Of a stretch of 64,000 bases of DNA, positions 8,352-19,660 are shown in pieces. The notes beneath the pieces were generated by a model. The model was not told the DNA's origin. It saw nothing but the letters and a program-made list of their open reading frames with translations, and did not search any database. Position 1 is the first letter of the stretch. Every line of letters begins with the position of its first letter. Source of the DNA: Terriglobia bacterium (GTDB taxonomy: Bacteria > Acidobacteriota > Terriglobia > 2-12-FULL-54-10); NCBI GenBank assembly GCA_963666975.2, contig CAXVYR010000004.1, positions 448,001-512,000 of the forward strand, in the 5' to 3' direction. The position numbers were made by a program, and so were the translations under genes.

Positions 8352-10214
8352 TTACCATTGAGCCGCCGGACCGCCGAGTTCTACCTGGGACCCGGTCGGT
8401 TGCATCCCGATTTCGCGGGCCAGAGACGGAACCAGGTGAACCACCCTGCCGCCCAGCATGGTCATCAACACCCGGATATTCAGAATGTCATCCACGGGAA
8501 TTGTCAGGTAGTCTCTGTCCAATACGATCAGGTCGGCCCACTTGCCGGGCTCGATCGACCCCAGTTTATCCTCGCGCTTGGAATAGTACCCTCCCCAAAG
8601 CGTTGCGGACTTCAGCATAGCCTCCCGACTTACTGCCTGTTGCGGGGCCGTGATGGCCCCATCTTGATCCCTTCGCGTAATTCCCGAATAGAGAACGGTG
8701 AAGAAAGTCAGGTCAGTGTATCCAAGGGGCCGGTCAATTTCGACACTTTGCCGCACCCCGGCATCGAGGATACTCTTCCGGGGAACTACCCATTGAGCCG
8801 CTCTCTCTCCATAATCCTTTAATACCTGTTGTGCTCTCCCTTCCCAAATGTATATGTCCCAACCACCCAATATCATGCCCAGATTCTTGATGCGCGCGAC
8901 CTGATCCGGACGAGGACTGATCGCCAGATGGTCGTAGCCATGCCGTTGGGCGCGAATCTGCTCGGGAGTCATCCCAGCGTCCTTGCTGGCCTGCTCGATG
9001 ATGTCCAGAACATAGTCTATGTCCTTATCGCCGCCGGTGTGCATCCCGGTGAAGCGCCCACCTGCCTTGATGTGATCATACAAGGCTTGCCGGGCTGGCG
9101 TGCCAGGAGCAAAGTCGCAGGCGGGCTCGCGTTGTTTAACCTCCGGGGAAGTACCCGGCAATGTCGTACAATTGGTGCCGCTACCCGCCGGCCATACTCC
9201 TATCAGCCAAAGGTATTCCGATCCCGCTCCCACCATGGCATTCAAACCGGCACGAAAGTAGGGATTGGTGAAGAAATCTGGGTGCGGGCCGATCCAAGAC
9301 CAAGGGATGCGAATATCCATCTGTCCATTCCGGTCCAGTGAACTGTAGGCGTTTAGCGCGCCAGCCGTGTAAAGAGCCGAGGAGTTCACAGTCAGCCCAT
9401 AACCTGCCCACCAGGACGTACCCAGGCGGACGATCTCCCGGAACACCTCGGGTGGGTACAACACGTCCTGTTCCACCCCGCGATAGTTGACGCTCCCGAC
9501 CCCGGTTCGCTCCATATTCGCTCCCAGCGGACCCCAATGTGGCGCGTTACTCCCCTTGACGTTCCTATAGTAGTTATTGATCTCCTCAATCGCTTTTTGG
9601 TTCACCAAAAGTCCGACAAACCCCGCGCGTACAACGACTGGATTGTCGGGAGCAGCCAAGTCCAGCATCTGCTTGGTAAACTGCCTCCCCAGCATCGGTT
9701 GAATCTGGCCTCGCCATCGATATTCTTTCCCATAGAGCAAGCTGATCCGAATCCACTGTCCAGTCTTGGCCTTCTGGACCGCCTCCTCCAAAACCTTTGG
9801 AAACTGTTGTAAAACCTCATCCGGAGGAACATTTAAAAACCGCTCAATGTGCATATCATCGGTTACCACTTTCTTGACGATTAGGGGATTCAGCGGGTCC
9901 CAATCCATTGGGTGATCGTGCGTGACCGCCAAGCCCGGCGTTACCGTCTTCCCCTTCAGGTCAATGGATTTGGTGTTTCCTCCGGCCAAGGCCCTCACCT
10001 CAGCATTGGTTCCCACGGCCACAATCGTGTCGCCTCGGATGGCCAAAGCCTGAGCGATCGTGCCTACATCCGCATTGACTTCATGGTTGTCCACCGTCAC
10101 GATTTTCCCATTGTAAAGAATGGTATCCGGGGCTTGCTGGGCCCAGCCGAGACCTCGTCCAGCCCAAATGACACACACCATCAGCACAACTCGCAAAACC
10201 CATTGTCTTTTCAT
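8352..10214 (-). CDS. Secreted amidohydrolase family 3
   Basis: Signal peptide, YNGKIVT, DLKGKTVTPGL..THDH, GSIEPGKWADLIVLDRD. Confidence 0.9.
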   Translation of the reverse strand: MKRQWVLRVVLMVCVIWAGRGLGWAQQAPDTILYNGKIVTVDNHEVNADVGTIAQALAIRGDTIVAVGTNAEVRALAGGNTKSIDLKGKTVTPGLAVTHDHPMDWDPLNPLIVKKVVTDDMHIERFLNVPPDEVLQQFPKVLEEAVQKAKTGQWIRISLLYGKEYRWRGQIQPMLGRQFTKQMLDLAAPDNPVVVRAGFVGLLVNQKAIEEINNYYRNVKGSNAPHWGPLGANMERTGVGSVNYRGVEQDVLYPPEVFREIVRLGTSWWAGYGLTVNSSALYTAGALNAYSSLDRNGQMDIRIPWSWIGPHPDFFTNPYFRAGLNAMVGAGSEYLWLIGVWPAGSGTNCTTLPGTSPEVKQREPACDFAPGTPARQALYDHIKAGGRFTGMHTGGDKDIDYVLDIIEQASKDAGMTPEQIRAQRHGYDHLAISPRPDQVARIKNLGMILGGWDIYIWEGRAQQVLKDYGERAAQWVVPRKSILDAGVRQSVEIDRPLGYTDLTFFTVLYSGITRRDQDGAITAPQQAVSREAMLKSATLWGGYYSKREDKLGSIEPGKWADLIVLDRDYLTIPVDDILNIRVLMTMLGGRVVHLVPSLAREIGMQPTGSQVELGGPAAQW

Positions 10215-10575
10215 GCTTCACCCCCTCAGCAATTTTTGGCAGTTTGATCCGAAACTTCCAATCTCACCTTTCCTTTGTCCAGAATCATACGCTGGTGGCC
10301 TTCTTGCCTCAAGTGATCTCTCGCTTGGACTGGCGCTGCTGAACTCGCGCTTCCGCGAGGCGATGTGGGAGGAAAGGTGCTTCTGGTTGTGTAGAAAGTC
10401 AATTGCGTTGCCCTCTCCCCTCGTATAGGTTCCCGATTCCTGGTGAGTGGAATGAGTAGTTTTCGGACCGCTAGAAAAACATGGTTTTGAGCAACGAGGA
10501 TTACATGCTTCGCACCTTATATATCATCTACATCCTCGGTCCAACTATCTGCTTCGTTATGCTTTTCTACAGAGA

Positions 10576-11856
10576 CTATGCGGATTGGACCTCCGGAGCG
10601 GAGGTCGTGAACCTCCCCTGAAGAGTCTCTACCTTCCCCAGGACAAATACGTAGCAGATGCCGCTGAATAATGCCATTCCACCGGCAGCAACCAGGGCTC
10701 CCGCAAACGACCCGGTCGCCTCCACTATGAAACCTGTGACGATGGGCGCCAGGAGACCTCCGGTGTGCCCAAAGAAATTCTGGATCGATGTAAGCGAGCC
10801 AACCATTGATCGGGGCGCCAGGTCGATCGCAATCGAATTCACCGAACCGGTCGTCAGCCGCAGGCAGCCTACCGAGAGAGTGAGAAGCGTAACGGCCAGC
10901 CAGGTCTGTTCAATGAACGCCGCCGTGATCACCAGGACCGTCGCCGCTGCCATTCCACTGCCGATCATGGTCTTTCGGGACGCCGTGACGCTGAAGCCAC
11001 GCCGGATCAGATAGTCTCCCAGCCAGCCGCCGCCTAGTGTGCCCAGTATCCCGGCCCAGAACGGCAGGGAAGCAACGATTCCGGTCCTCAGCACGGTCAT
11101 CCCTCGCTCCAGGACCAAATATCCCGGAAGCCAGCTCACGAAGAAGAAAAACGCGTAGAGATACCCCATCTGGCCGAAAGCCATGCCCCAGGTAGAACGA
11201 TACCGGAACAGTGAAATCCACGGAATGCGTTGCTCGCTGCGATCCTTCGTGCGATCCGGCAGCGGCGCCGATTGTCTTCCGACCTGCTTGTCCGGATAGA
11301 AACAAAGCCAAGCCAGAGTCAGCAGCAAACTGCCGCCCCCCAGACAGTAGAACACGGCTTGCCAGCCCCACCCGGCCAGGATAAACGCGGCGATGGGGGC
11401 GGCGATGGCCGGACCCATCGGGGTTCCGGAGAAGGAAACAGCAATAGCCCTCGCACGCTCTTTGACATCAAACCACCGAGAGATCGCAGCCGCGTTTGCG
11501 GGAATGAGCACGCTCTGCCCCAAGCCGAATATCGCCCGCATTACAAACAGAGAAACAGCCGTCGTGGCGACCGGTAGAGCAACGGTAGAGAGTCCCCAGA
11601 TTCCCGACCCCACGCCCATAACGATCCATACGCCAAAACGGTCGACGAGAGGTCCTACCAACAACTGGGCGCCCGCGTACGTCCAGTTGTATCCGGAGAG
11701 AATGAACCCCATGGTGCTCGGCGAAAAGTCGTACTGCGTCATGAGAGTGGGAGCCACGACACTCAAGGCATACCGAATCATAAAGGAGAACACCATGGCA
11801 TTCCACAGAAGGCCAATGGTAAGAAACTTCTTAGACCTTTCGGTGTTCTGGTTCAT
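10576..11856 (-). CDS. MFS transporter, anion:cation symporter type (ExuT/GudP-like)
   Basis: About 12 TM segments, GPLVDRFG, SRWF..ERARA, WLPGYL, GGWLGDYL. Confidence 0.88.
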   Translation of the reverse strand: MNQNTERSKKFLTIGLLWNAMVFSFMIRYALSVVAPTLMTQYDFSPSTMGFILSGYNWTYAGAQLLVGPLVDRFGVWIVMGVGSGIWGLSTVALPVATTAVSLFVMRAIFGLGQSVLIPANAAAISRWFDVKERARAIAVSFSGTPMGPAIAAPIAAFILAGWGWQAVFYCLGGGSLLLTLAWLCFYPDKQVGRQSAPLPDRTKDRSEQRIPWISLFRYRSTWGMAFGQMGYLYAFFFFVSWLPGYLVLERGMTVLRTGIVASLPFWAGILGTLGGGWLGDYLIRRGFSVTASRKTMIGSGMAAATVLVITAAFIEQTWLAVTLLTLSVGCLRLTTGSVNSIAIDLAPRSMVGSLTSIQNFFGHTGGLLAPIVTGFIVEATGSFAGALVAAGGMALFSGICYVFVLGKVETLQGRFTTSAPEVQSA

Positions 11857-12078
11857 GGGGCCCCCTAGTGGGTGTGCACAAAAAGAAGCTATCCAGGAAG
11901 ACCTAACGACCCTCAAAAGAAATCGCCGAGCTTAACATTCAATCCCCCACGATCCATCCCCCGACTGTTTTTTGCTGAAATCGCACGGCCAAACTCGCCG
12001 ACCGCGCAGCTCCGGGATGCGGGGATTCCCTGCCGCTATTTCGGCATGCCTTTGGGATGACTGGGGCGACTACCAAGC

Positions 12079-14046
12079 TCAGGCTTTTTTCACCAGCTTA
12101 TTCAGTGCGACGAACGCTTCCTCGAAGCGGGCAAGCGTATCGTTGGATGGTGCGGCCTTGCCGACCTCATCCAAGAAATACCTGGCCGGACGGAAGTGGT
12201 TGAATGATTGGCCGCCCTTGAGCGAGTTCGCTTCGAAGTACTCTTCCAGTCTTCTGGTTATGCGTGGAAGCTTTCCGTTCAGGTCTCCCTTCTTCACCGG
12301 TTTGGCCAGAGCATCTTTGAAAGCGCCGTTCACCAGAGCCAGCTAGAAGTCTTCATCGAACATATCTTCGACGTCCGCCTCCCCCGTCTTGGTGAAGTCC
12401 GCGTACGTCAGGACCTGCTTTTTGCTCAGCAACCTCTTCTTGTAGAGGTTCTCTATCGTCTGCTTGTCCTTCTTCTGATAGTCGATCAGTACCGCTACGT
12501 TTAGCTTATTTTGCGCCCCGAGTAGTGCCACAAACGTTGGAACCTTGTCCGACCCCCCGACCGGCGTGACCGTCCACTCCTTGCTCATCCCTGTGCGTCC
12601 ATGCTCCTCAAGCAAAGAGCTCATGCCCTGCAAGAACAGCAGGTCCGAAACCCCCTCTACAACGAGGCTGTTCGGTCCAATGAAAAGCGTCTGCGAGATT
12701 TCGTATCCGAGGGCGCCCTGCAACGGGAACAAGCTATCACCCGTGGCCTCCAGAACATCCGTCAACACTTTCGTGCCAGCCTTCTCAAGCGGCGGCTCAG
12801 GCCCGTCTTCTACGCTCAGGTCTTGGACGATCCTCACGCGGTCGAACCTCGTCGGGTCCACCATGAACGGTGAGTGAGTTGTGTAGATAAGCTGATGCCG
12901 TCCCCGGACCTCCGCTTCGAAATGCTTGAGCAGGTCCTCCTGGACCTTGCCGTGCAGCGACAAGCCAGGCTCGTCGAGCAGCAAGATGACGTTCTCACTA
13001 TGGTCGCGAACGTCTCCGTACCAAGCCAGGAAGGAACAGAACCAGATGAACCCCCGCGAACGGGTCCCCATTTCGGTCGTGCCGAAGTGCTTTGTGTCGT
13101 CGACTTCACCCCAAATGTTTGTGCCTTTTTGCATCCCATCTGGGTCGTCTTCCTTAGCTTCTCGAACATCAAAAAGAAGGCGCAGGTGCTTGTTCTGCGA
13201 CCAGTACGCGATGATTTGCTTCGTCAGGTAGTTGCTCGCCCCCTGCAACTTGTTTTTGAGCTCCCGAGTGCGCGTTACCGCTAACAGCTGGTCAAGGTCG
13301 AGCCGCGCGCGGTTGATGAGCCCAAGGAGCGGATAGTCGGATGGCAGGAGTTCCTCGCTCTCTTGCCGACGCTTCAGCTCCTGGATGTTCTCGCAACCCC
13401 GCATCTGATAGTACTCATCGAAGTACAGGAACTTCGGGATTCGCGGCTTGAGGACCTGCTCGACGACATAGTCCTGGTAACTCTTGGACTTGCTCGCTGG
13501 GGTCAGCAGTTTCGTCAGTTGGGTTACGGCGTCCGTTTGTTCGCCAGCGGCCAACACGTCAAGTACTTCGGCGACCGCCTCGCCCTGCGCGGCCGAAGCT
13601 GCAACGTCCTTTGGCAGCTCGTAGCGCCCGACCAAGTGCTTCAAGGCGGCAGCTTCATCGAATGAGAACTCGTAGGAGACATCTCCTTCGTACCCACGGG
13701 TAAGCTCGAACGTCGTTTTCTTGAAGGCATTCTTGCCCGTATATTTCTGAACGGCCTTGACGTCGTCTTCCTCGAGTTCGAACTGAGCACGAGCTACCAC
13801 CGCAGGCTCTCGTTCGGCCGCTTCGACCCCGATGCGGTAGTTCTCGACATTCATTCTGGGGTAGTCGTCGGTGACGCTATAACCCGCGTCCGCCTTGATG
13901 AACGGGTTCATCTGGTAGAGCGCACGAAGTAGTGCCGTCTTTCCGGACTCGTTCTTCCCGACGAGGCACGTTATCTCTTCAACATCAAACGGCTCCGAGT
14001 CGTTGATGCTCCGGAACTCGCGTAATTGGACTGTTGTCAGTTTCAT
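12079..14046 (-). pseudogene. OLD-family ATP-dependent nuclease (ABC ATPase + TOPRIM) with one in-frame TAG
   Basis: GKNESGKT, LLLDEP, TTHSP, VEGVSD; TAG at 12343-12345, then the same frame stays open to 12079. Confidence 0.8.
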
Positions 14047-14122
14047 GAGTGGTTACTCTCTTTCCGGTCAACGCATTAGCGGTCCCGGTGGTCACTATCC
14101 TACAGAATGATGCGCTCGACTT

Positions 14123-14165
14123 TGACCAGACCGATTTATTGTACCAGTCTCAGGGAGAGAGTCTA
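14123..14165. mobile_element. Stub of a related IS terminus
   Basis: TGACCAGACCGATTTATTGTACCAGTCTCAGGG resembles the adjacent IS end at 14172. Confidence 0.45.
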
Positions 14166-14171
14166 CATCAC

Positions 14172-14852
14172 TGAGGGGCCCTGGATTTTTGTACCAGTTT
14201 CAGGGTGAGTTTTGGGCTGTTTCCAGGCCTTTCCGATTGCAGCGAGCTGCAATCGGAAAGGCGAACTCGTTCGGCGTCCTCTCCCCCAGGGCCCTGTGAG
14301 GACGACTCTCATTGTACTCCCTCCGCCAAGCCTCGATGAACTGCCTGGCTTCTCCCAGTGTTCTGAACCAATGTACATTTAGGCACTCATCCCGAAACGT
14401 TTCGTTGAACGATTCGATGTGCGCATTGTCGGTCGGCTTGCCGGGCCGGGAAAAATCAATCCGTACCCCGTTCTGATACGCCCACAGGTCCAGCACCCGA
14501 CTCGAAAACTCCGAGCCATTGTCGCAGAACAGCCTCTTCGGCCCACCCCGATCCCTTTGGATTCTCTGCAACACCCGCACCACATCTTCCCCCTTCAAAC
14601 TCTGCCCGGGCTCGATGGCCAAGCTCTCCCGCGTGTATACATCCATCACCGTCAGCGCGCGGAACCGTCGTCCGTCCGCCAGTTGATCCGACACAAAGTC
14701 CAGACTCCACACCTGGTTCGGTGCTGCCGGTTTGATTCTCTCCCGCCGCTCTACCGCCACCCGGCGTCTCCTCGGCACCGTCCGCCGTAGCGCCAATCCC
14801 TCTTCCCGATACAATCGACTCACCATCGTCTTTCCCACTTGCCAGCCCTCCC
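14172..14852 (-). mobile_element. Truncated IS3-family (IS407-like) element: right end and partial orfB
   Basis: PNQVWSLDFVSD, DNGSEF, PGKPTDNAHIESFN, YNESRPH; orfA and the left end are missing. Confidence 0.85.
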
Positions 14853-16301
14853 GGCGTCGTCAAAGCCGGTGGCGTCGTCAAAAGTATAGCGAGCAAAGAA
14901 ACTGTCCCGCTCGGAAATTCGATGGTCCACGCGGAGGGTGAAGAAATTTTCGTTGGTCGGCAGGAATTGCGGGGCGGCGTTTTCACCGATTCCTCTTCCC
15001 ACCGGACGCGAGTTCGGCAAAGGATAAAGCTCCAGGTAGGGCTTGGCTTCCGGATGCACCTCGACGGTCTGAATCACTTCTCCGGCAGCGTTTGTAATCA
15101 TCCCCTGGCGCGCCAGTTCATCCGGAAAGAAGTCGATATTCGTTTCGGTCAGCCGGTCGCGCAGCCCTTCGAAGCTGCCCATCAGGAAAGTCCTGTCCTT
15201 CACGACCGGGCCCGTAACCGTGAATCCAAATTGGTTTCGTTTGAAGGGTGTAGGCTCCGGACCGGGATCAAAAAAATTCCGGGCGTCGAGCTTGCTGTTT
15301 CGAAAGAACTCAAAGAACGAGCCGTGGAACTCCGGCGTTCCCGATTGCGTAATGGAGTTGAGAATGCCGCCGCTGCCGCGGCCATACTCGGCTCTGTAGT
15401 GGGCGCTGAACACGCGAACCTGGAACACCGCATCCGAGCCCAGTTGCACTCCTGCTGCGCTGCGCGGGACTTGGTTGTCGAGATTCATAATATTGGTCCC
15501 ATCCAGCAAAAAGACATTGGAGGTGGACCGCCCTCCCGCAACGGTCAGGCTGCCGCTGCCGCCGCCCCGCGATGCCGAACCGCTCGAAGGATCGCTGACA
15601 CCGTCCTGCAGCGTGGCCAGTTGGCTATAGCTGCGGCCATTGAGAGGAAGCCCAGCCAGCTGGCTTTCATCGATCAGACTGGTTGCATTGGTTTCGCTGG
15701 TTTCACCCGTTGTATTGGTTTCACTGGTCGCAGACGAGGACTGCGCCTCATCGCTGGCAGCCCCTTGAGGTGGCGGGTCTTGCTTTGGCGAGTCTTGGAA
15801 ACTGGCATTCGCGGAACCGGAATTCGCGGCCAACAAAAAGTCTAAGCTGGCCGCTTGCCCTGCCCGAAGTTCCAACCCTTGCTGCGTCTGGCTTTGGAAA
15901 CCCGGCCGGGAAACATGAATTGCGTAGGTTCCGGGCGGCAGTTGCAGAATCTCAAACTGCCCTTCCTCATTGGTGATGGTATTGGTGTGGGTGTTGGCGC
16001 TGCTGCTGGCCGCGCGGCCTAGTTCCGTCCCCAGACTTTTCACCATCACCGTCGCTTCCGGAACGGGCGTCCCCGTCTGGTCCTTTACGTTCCCTCGCAA
16101 GGCGGCCAGTGTTGCACCGGCTGCTTGTGCCGGCATCTCCGCTCGCGGAAAAAAAAGCAGCATCGCCAGCAGCGCCGCTCGGAGCGCCCATGCCTTCTTA
16201 GTTGATCCGCAATCCGCGCTGCCCCGTGCTCTCCAAAATAAAGATGGCGCTAAGAAATAATCCATGAGTCGCCCTTGCTCCCGCACTTTGCTCCTTTTCA
16301 C
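14853..16301 (-). pseudogene. TonB-dependent receptor with carboxypeptidase-regulatory-like domain, 3'-truncated
   Basis: GNVKDQTG, LPLNGRSY, AEYGR, LDARNFF, FKRNQFG; ends at the IS remnant after about 480 aa. Confidence 0.85.
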
Positions 16302-16359
16302 TCTGCCGGACAGACGCTGGCAACATGAGGCGTAACTTACGATTCCTTCTGGGTTGATT

Positions 16360-16578
16360 TTACTTCCGGAGAGCTGCTTCCGAGCACCATGCTAACACAC
16401 CGCCCAGGCCCGCTGCTTGAATGCCGCCAAATCTTCGGCATCTTACCATGAGCATCCGTTTTACGGCGTCATTGACCAGATCGAAAACAGACCGCTCCGT
16501 TTCTGCCGCCTTAAGGCGCAACGCCTTGTGCAACCGAGAATCGAAGTAAACAGTGGCCCGCTTTTGCATATTGCTCAT
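16360..16578 (-). pseudogene. CopG/RHH antitoxin-like remnant
   Basis: KRATVYFDSRLHKALRLKAAET; the expected DAEDLAAF tail lies in another frame. Confidence 0.65.
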
Positions 16579-16664
16579 GGAAACAAGACAACGCTAAAAC
16601 GTCATAACGTCAAGTTGTGGAGTGGCAGGCAGGTCAGGGAAAGGTGTTCGATCAACAACCGCGC

Positions 16665-17948
16665 TTATTCGGCGCCGAGCGTTGCCGGAACGCCGGCCAG
16701 ACGGTCATGGGAAGGTTTCTCCCGGATCGCCAGGATCATAAAAGCCGCGACAAAGGCCATTCCCGCAGCGGAGTAAAAGGCCAGCGTATAGTTGCCGAAC
16801 CATCTGTAGAAATATCCGCCGAGGGCCGATCCGAATGCGGCTCCCATCTGGTGGAACAGGAAAATCCATCCCGACAGTTCTCCGACCGAGCGTCTGCCGA
16901 AGAGTTTGGCCGTCATCGCGGTGGTCGCCGGCACGGTAGAAATATAGTTGAGCCCGTAGACGGCAGCAAAGCCGAAGAGTCCCGGCACGGTTCCCACCAG
17001 GGGCAGCAAAACCAGAGACAGCCCCCTCAACAGGTAAAAGCAGATCAAGGGAGTCTTGGGGCCGAACCGGTCGCAGAGCCATCCCGATCCGATCGTTCCC
17101 ACAATGTTCATAGCGCCCATCAGTCCGAGAGCCTGCGCTGCCTGGTATGCGGGGAAGCCATGTTCTGTGGTGTGGGGAATCAAATGAGTGAGGATGAGGC
17201 CGGAGGTGGTGTAACCGCAGACCCCGTAGCTTCCCGCCAGAAGCCAAAATGGCGGGCATCGCACGGCCTCCCAGATGCTGGTTCTTTCCTTGCTGACTTC
17301 TGACCGGCTATGGGGGGCGGATTTCTCTGCGGCGCCGTACCGTTCCAGTCCCATATCGGAGGGGGCATTGCGGATCAGGATACTCGCCAGCGGCATCACC
17401 AGCACCAGGAAACCCGCTCCGAGCACCAGAAAAGCCGTGCGCCAGCCCCACGTGACAGTAAGAGCCATGGCGAGGGGAATGACCAGCAGTTGACCGGCTC
17501 CCAATCCCGCGCCAAAGATCCCGATCACCACTCCGGTATGGGAATCAAACCATCGCATGGTGGTGGATGCGGCCACGCTCATCGCCGCCCCCCCCGCACC
17601 TAATGCCGTGATGATCCCCGCCGTCACGTAGAGTTGCCAAAGGGAGCTAACATGGGCCGTCACCAGAGTGCCCGCGCCCATAAGAAGCGCACTCGCCACC
17701 AAAACTCCCCTGGGTCCCCACCGATCCGCAAGGCGCCCCACCACAGGGCCGACCGCTCCATAGAGAAACATTGAAAGCGCTGCCACCGTTGACAACGAGA
17801 CCCGGTCCCAACCGAATTCCGCCTCCATCGGTTTGATGAAGACGCCAAAAGATGTACGGATACCTGATCCGGCCATCAAGACAACAGCCACGGCCGCCAC
17901 AACCACCCAGGCGTAGTGGATCCGTCCGGTCTGGAAAGGCAATTTCAT
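16665..17948 (-). CDS. MFS transporter
   Basis: About 12 TM segments, GRLADRWGPR, GWLCDRFGPK. Confidence 0.9.
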   Translation of the reverse strand: MKLPFQTGRIHYAWVVVAAVAVVLMAGSGIRTSFGVFIKPMEAEFGWDRVSLSTVAALSMFLYGAVGPVVGRLADRWGPRGVLVASALLMGAGTLVTAHVSSLWQLYVTAGIITALGAGGAAMSVAASTTMRWFDSHTGVVIGIFGAGLGAGQLLVIPLAMALTVTWGWRTAFLVLGAGFLVLVMPLASILIRNAPSDMGLERYGAAEKSAPHSRSEVSKERTSIWEAVRCPPFWLLAGSYGVCGYTTSGLILTHLIPHTTEHGFPAYQAAQALGLMGAMNIVGTIGSGWLCDRFGPKTPLICFYLLRGLSLVLLPLVGTVPGLFGFAAVYGLNYISTVPATTAMTAKLFGRRSVGELSGWIFLFHQMGAAFGSALGGYFYRWFGNYTLAFYSAAGMAFVAAFMILAIREKPSHDRLAGVPATLGAE

Positions 17949-18130
17949 ACTCGAATTTTCATTTTAACCGGCATTCCCATTCCGGCACCACTGCGGATAG
18001 ACAGATGCACTCCTGAACGCCTACCTGCAAGCACTCCATGGGCTTCTCCGAGGGACAAAAAGAGACCGAAAGAGCGTATAACACATGAAACACTTGTTGC
18101 ACATCCACCGGCAAACAGGATAAAAACATT

Positions 18131-19444
18131 TTGATGAGCCGACGCATTCAACCCGCCAAGAATATCACCGGGGGACTTCGCCTTCCGGGTGACAAATCCA
18201 TCTCGCATCGCTACGCCCTGCTGGGCGCTATCGCAGACGGGAAAACCACCATACGCAACTACGCCCCCGGGGCCGACTGTGCCTCCACGCTCCAGTGCCT
18301 GGAAAAACTGGGCGTAGCCGTTTCCCGAAGCCATGTGGACACGGAGACCGGCGAGCCCGCTGAGGAACTGGCGCTTGAAGGACGAGGTCTCCGCGGACTG
18401 CAACAACCCGAAGGAATGCTCGACGCCGGCAACTCCGGCTCGACCATGCGCATGCTCAGCGGCCTGCTGGCCGGGCACCGTTTCCGCAGCGCCATCACCG
18501 GGGACGACTCGCTCCAGCGGCGTCCCATGCAGCGGATCATGGAACCGCTCACGCAGATGGGCGCCCGCGTGACGGCCCGCGACGGCAGCTTCCCTCCCCT
18601 GCAGATTGACGGCGCGGCACTGCGCGGCATCGAGTACCGTCCGCCGGTCGCCAGCGCGCAGGTGAAAAGCTCGGTATTGCTCGCCGGCCTGCTGGCGGAA
18701 GGCGAGACAAGCGTCACCGAACCGGTCCGGACACGAGACCACACCGAGATTGCGCTTGCCCAGTTTGGAGCAGAGGTTGCGCGCGGGCCGAGAACCACCG
18801 CCGTCCGGGGCGGCGTCGCTCTGCGTGCACAGAAGCTGGCCGTGCCGGGAGATATCTCCTCGGCGGCCTTCTTCCTGTGCGCGGCTTTGCTGTTCCCCTC
18901 CTCGGACCTTTACCTCCAGGACGTGGGCCTGAATCCAAGCCGCACGGCGCTGCTCGACTTTTTGTGCGGCATGGGCGCGCAAATCAAAGTGCTCAATCTG
19001 GGTGAAAACTGCGGAGAGCTGATCGGCGACATTCATGTAACCGGCGGCCCTTTGCAGGGCGGCCGCATCGAGGGCGAAATGGTTGCCGCTTTGATCGACG
19101 AGATTCCGGTGCTGGCGGTTTTGGGCACACAGACCGAAGAAGGCTTAGTCCTCCGCAACGCCGAAGAATTGCGGCTGAAAGAAAGCGACCGCCTCGCAAC
19201 CGTAGCCGAAAACCTGCGCCGCATGGGCGCGCAGGTCCAAGTGCAGCCGGACGGATTCGACATCCCCGGACGCCAGCGCCTTTCGGGAGCCGAGCTGGAT
19301 TCTTTCGGCGACCATCGCATCGCGATGGCTTTCATGGTGGCGGCCTTGGCGGCCAAAGAAGAAAGCCTATTGAACAACGATGCAGCAGCCGTAGTCTCCT
19401 TCCCCGATTTTTTTGAACAGATGGAAAAAGTCGCCGAGCGGTAA
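18131..19444 (+). CDS. aroA: EPSP synthase
   Basis: PGDKSISHR, DAGNSGSTMR, SAQVKS, RDHTE, KESDR, DHRIAM. Confidence 0.98.
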   Translation: MMSRRIQPAKNITGGLRLPGDKSISHRYALLGAIADGKTTIRNYAPGADCASTLQCLEKLGVAVSRSHVDTETGEPAEELALEGRGLRGLQQPEGMLDAGNSGSTMRMLSGLLAGHRFRSAITGDDSLQRRPMQRIMEPLTQMGARVTARDGSFPPLQIDGAALRGIEYRPPVASAQVKSSVLLAGLLAEGETSVTEPVRTRDHTEIALAQFGAEVARGPRTTAVRGGVALRAQKLAVPGDISSAAFFLCAALLFPSSDLYLQDVGLNPSRTALLDFLCGMGAQIKVLNLGENCGELIGDIHVTGGPLQGGRIEGEMVAALIDEIPVLAVLGTQTEEGLVLRNAEELRLKESDRLATVAENLRRMGAQVQVQPDGFDIPGRQRLSGAELDSFGDHRIAMAFMVAALAAKEESLLNNDAAAVVSFPDFFEQMEKVAER

Positions 19445-19660
19445 GAGCTTGGAAGGATATCTCCCTTTCCTGGCGGCTATGAATAGAGAGGCAAAGACAG
19501 GCCTGCTATTTCTACCAAAACCGATATAGGACCCTTCCTGCTTTTTCATCTCGTTTGGTCCCTAGGACTCATCCTCCCATCTTTTTTGCCGATAGATTAA
19601 GAGCGGGAAAGCCGCTCGGACCTTCCGGGCATGGACTGCTCATCCTGAAAGGAGGTCGCA

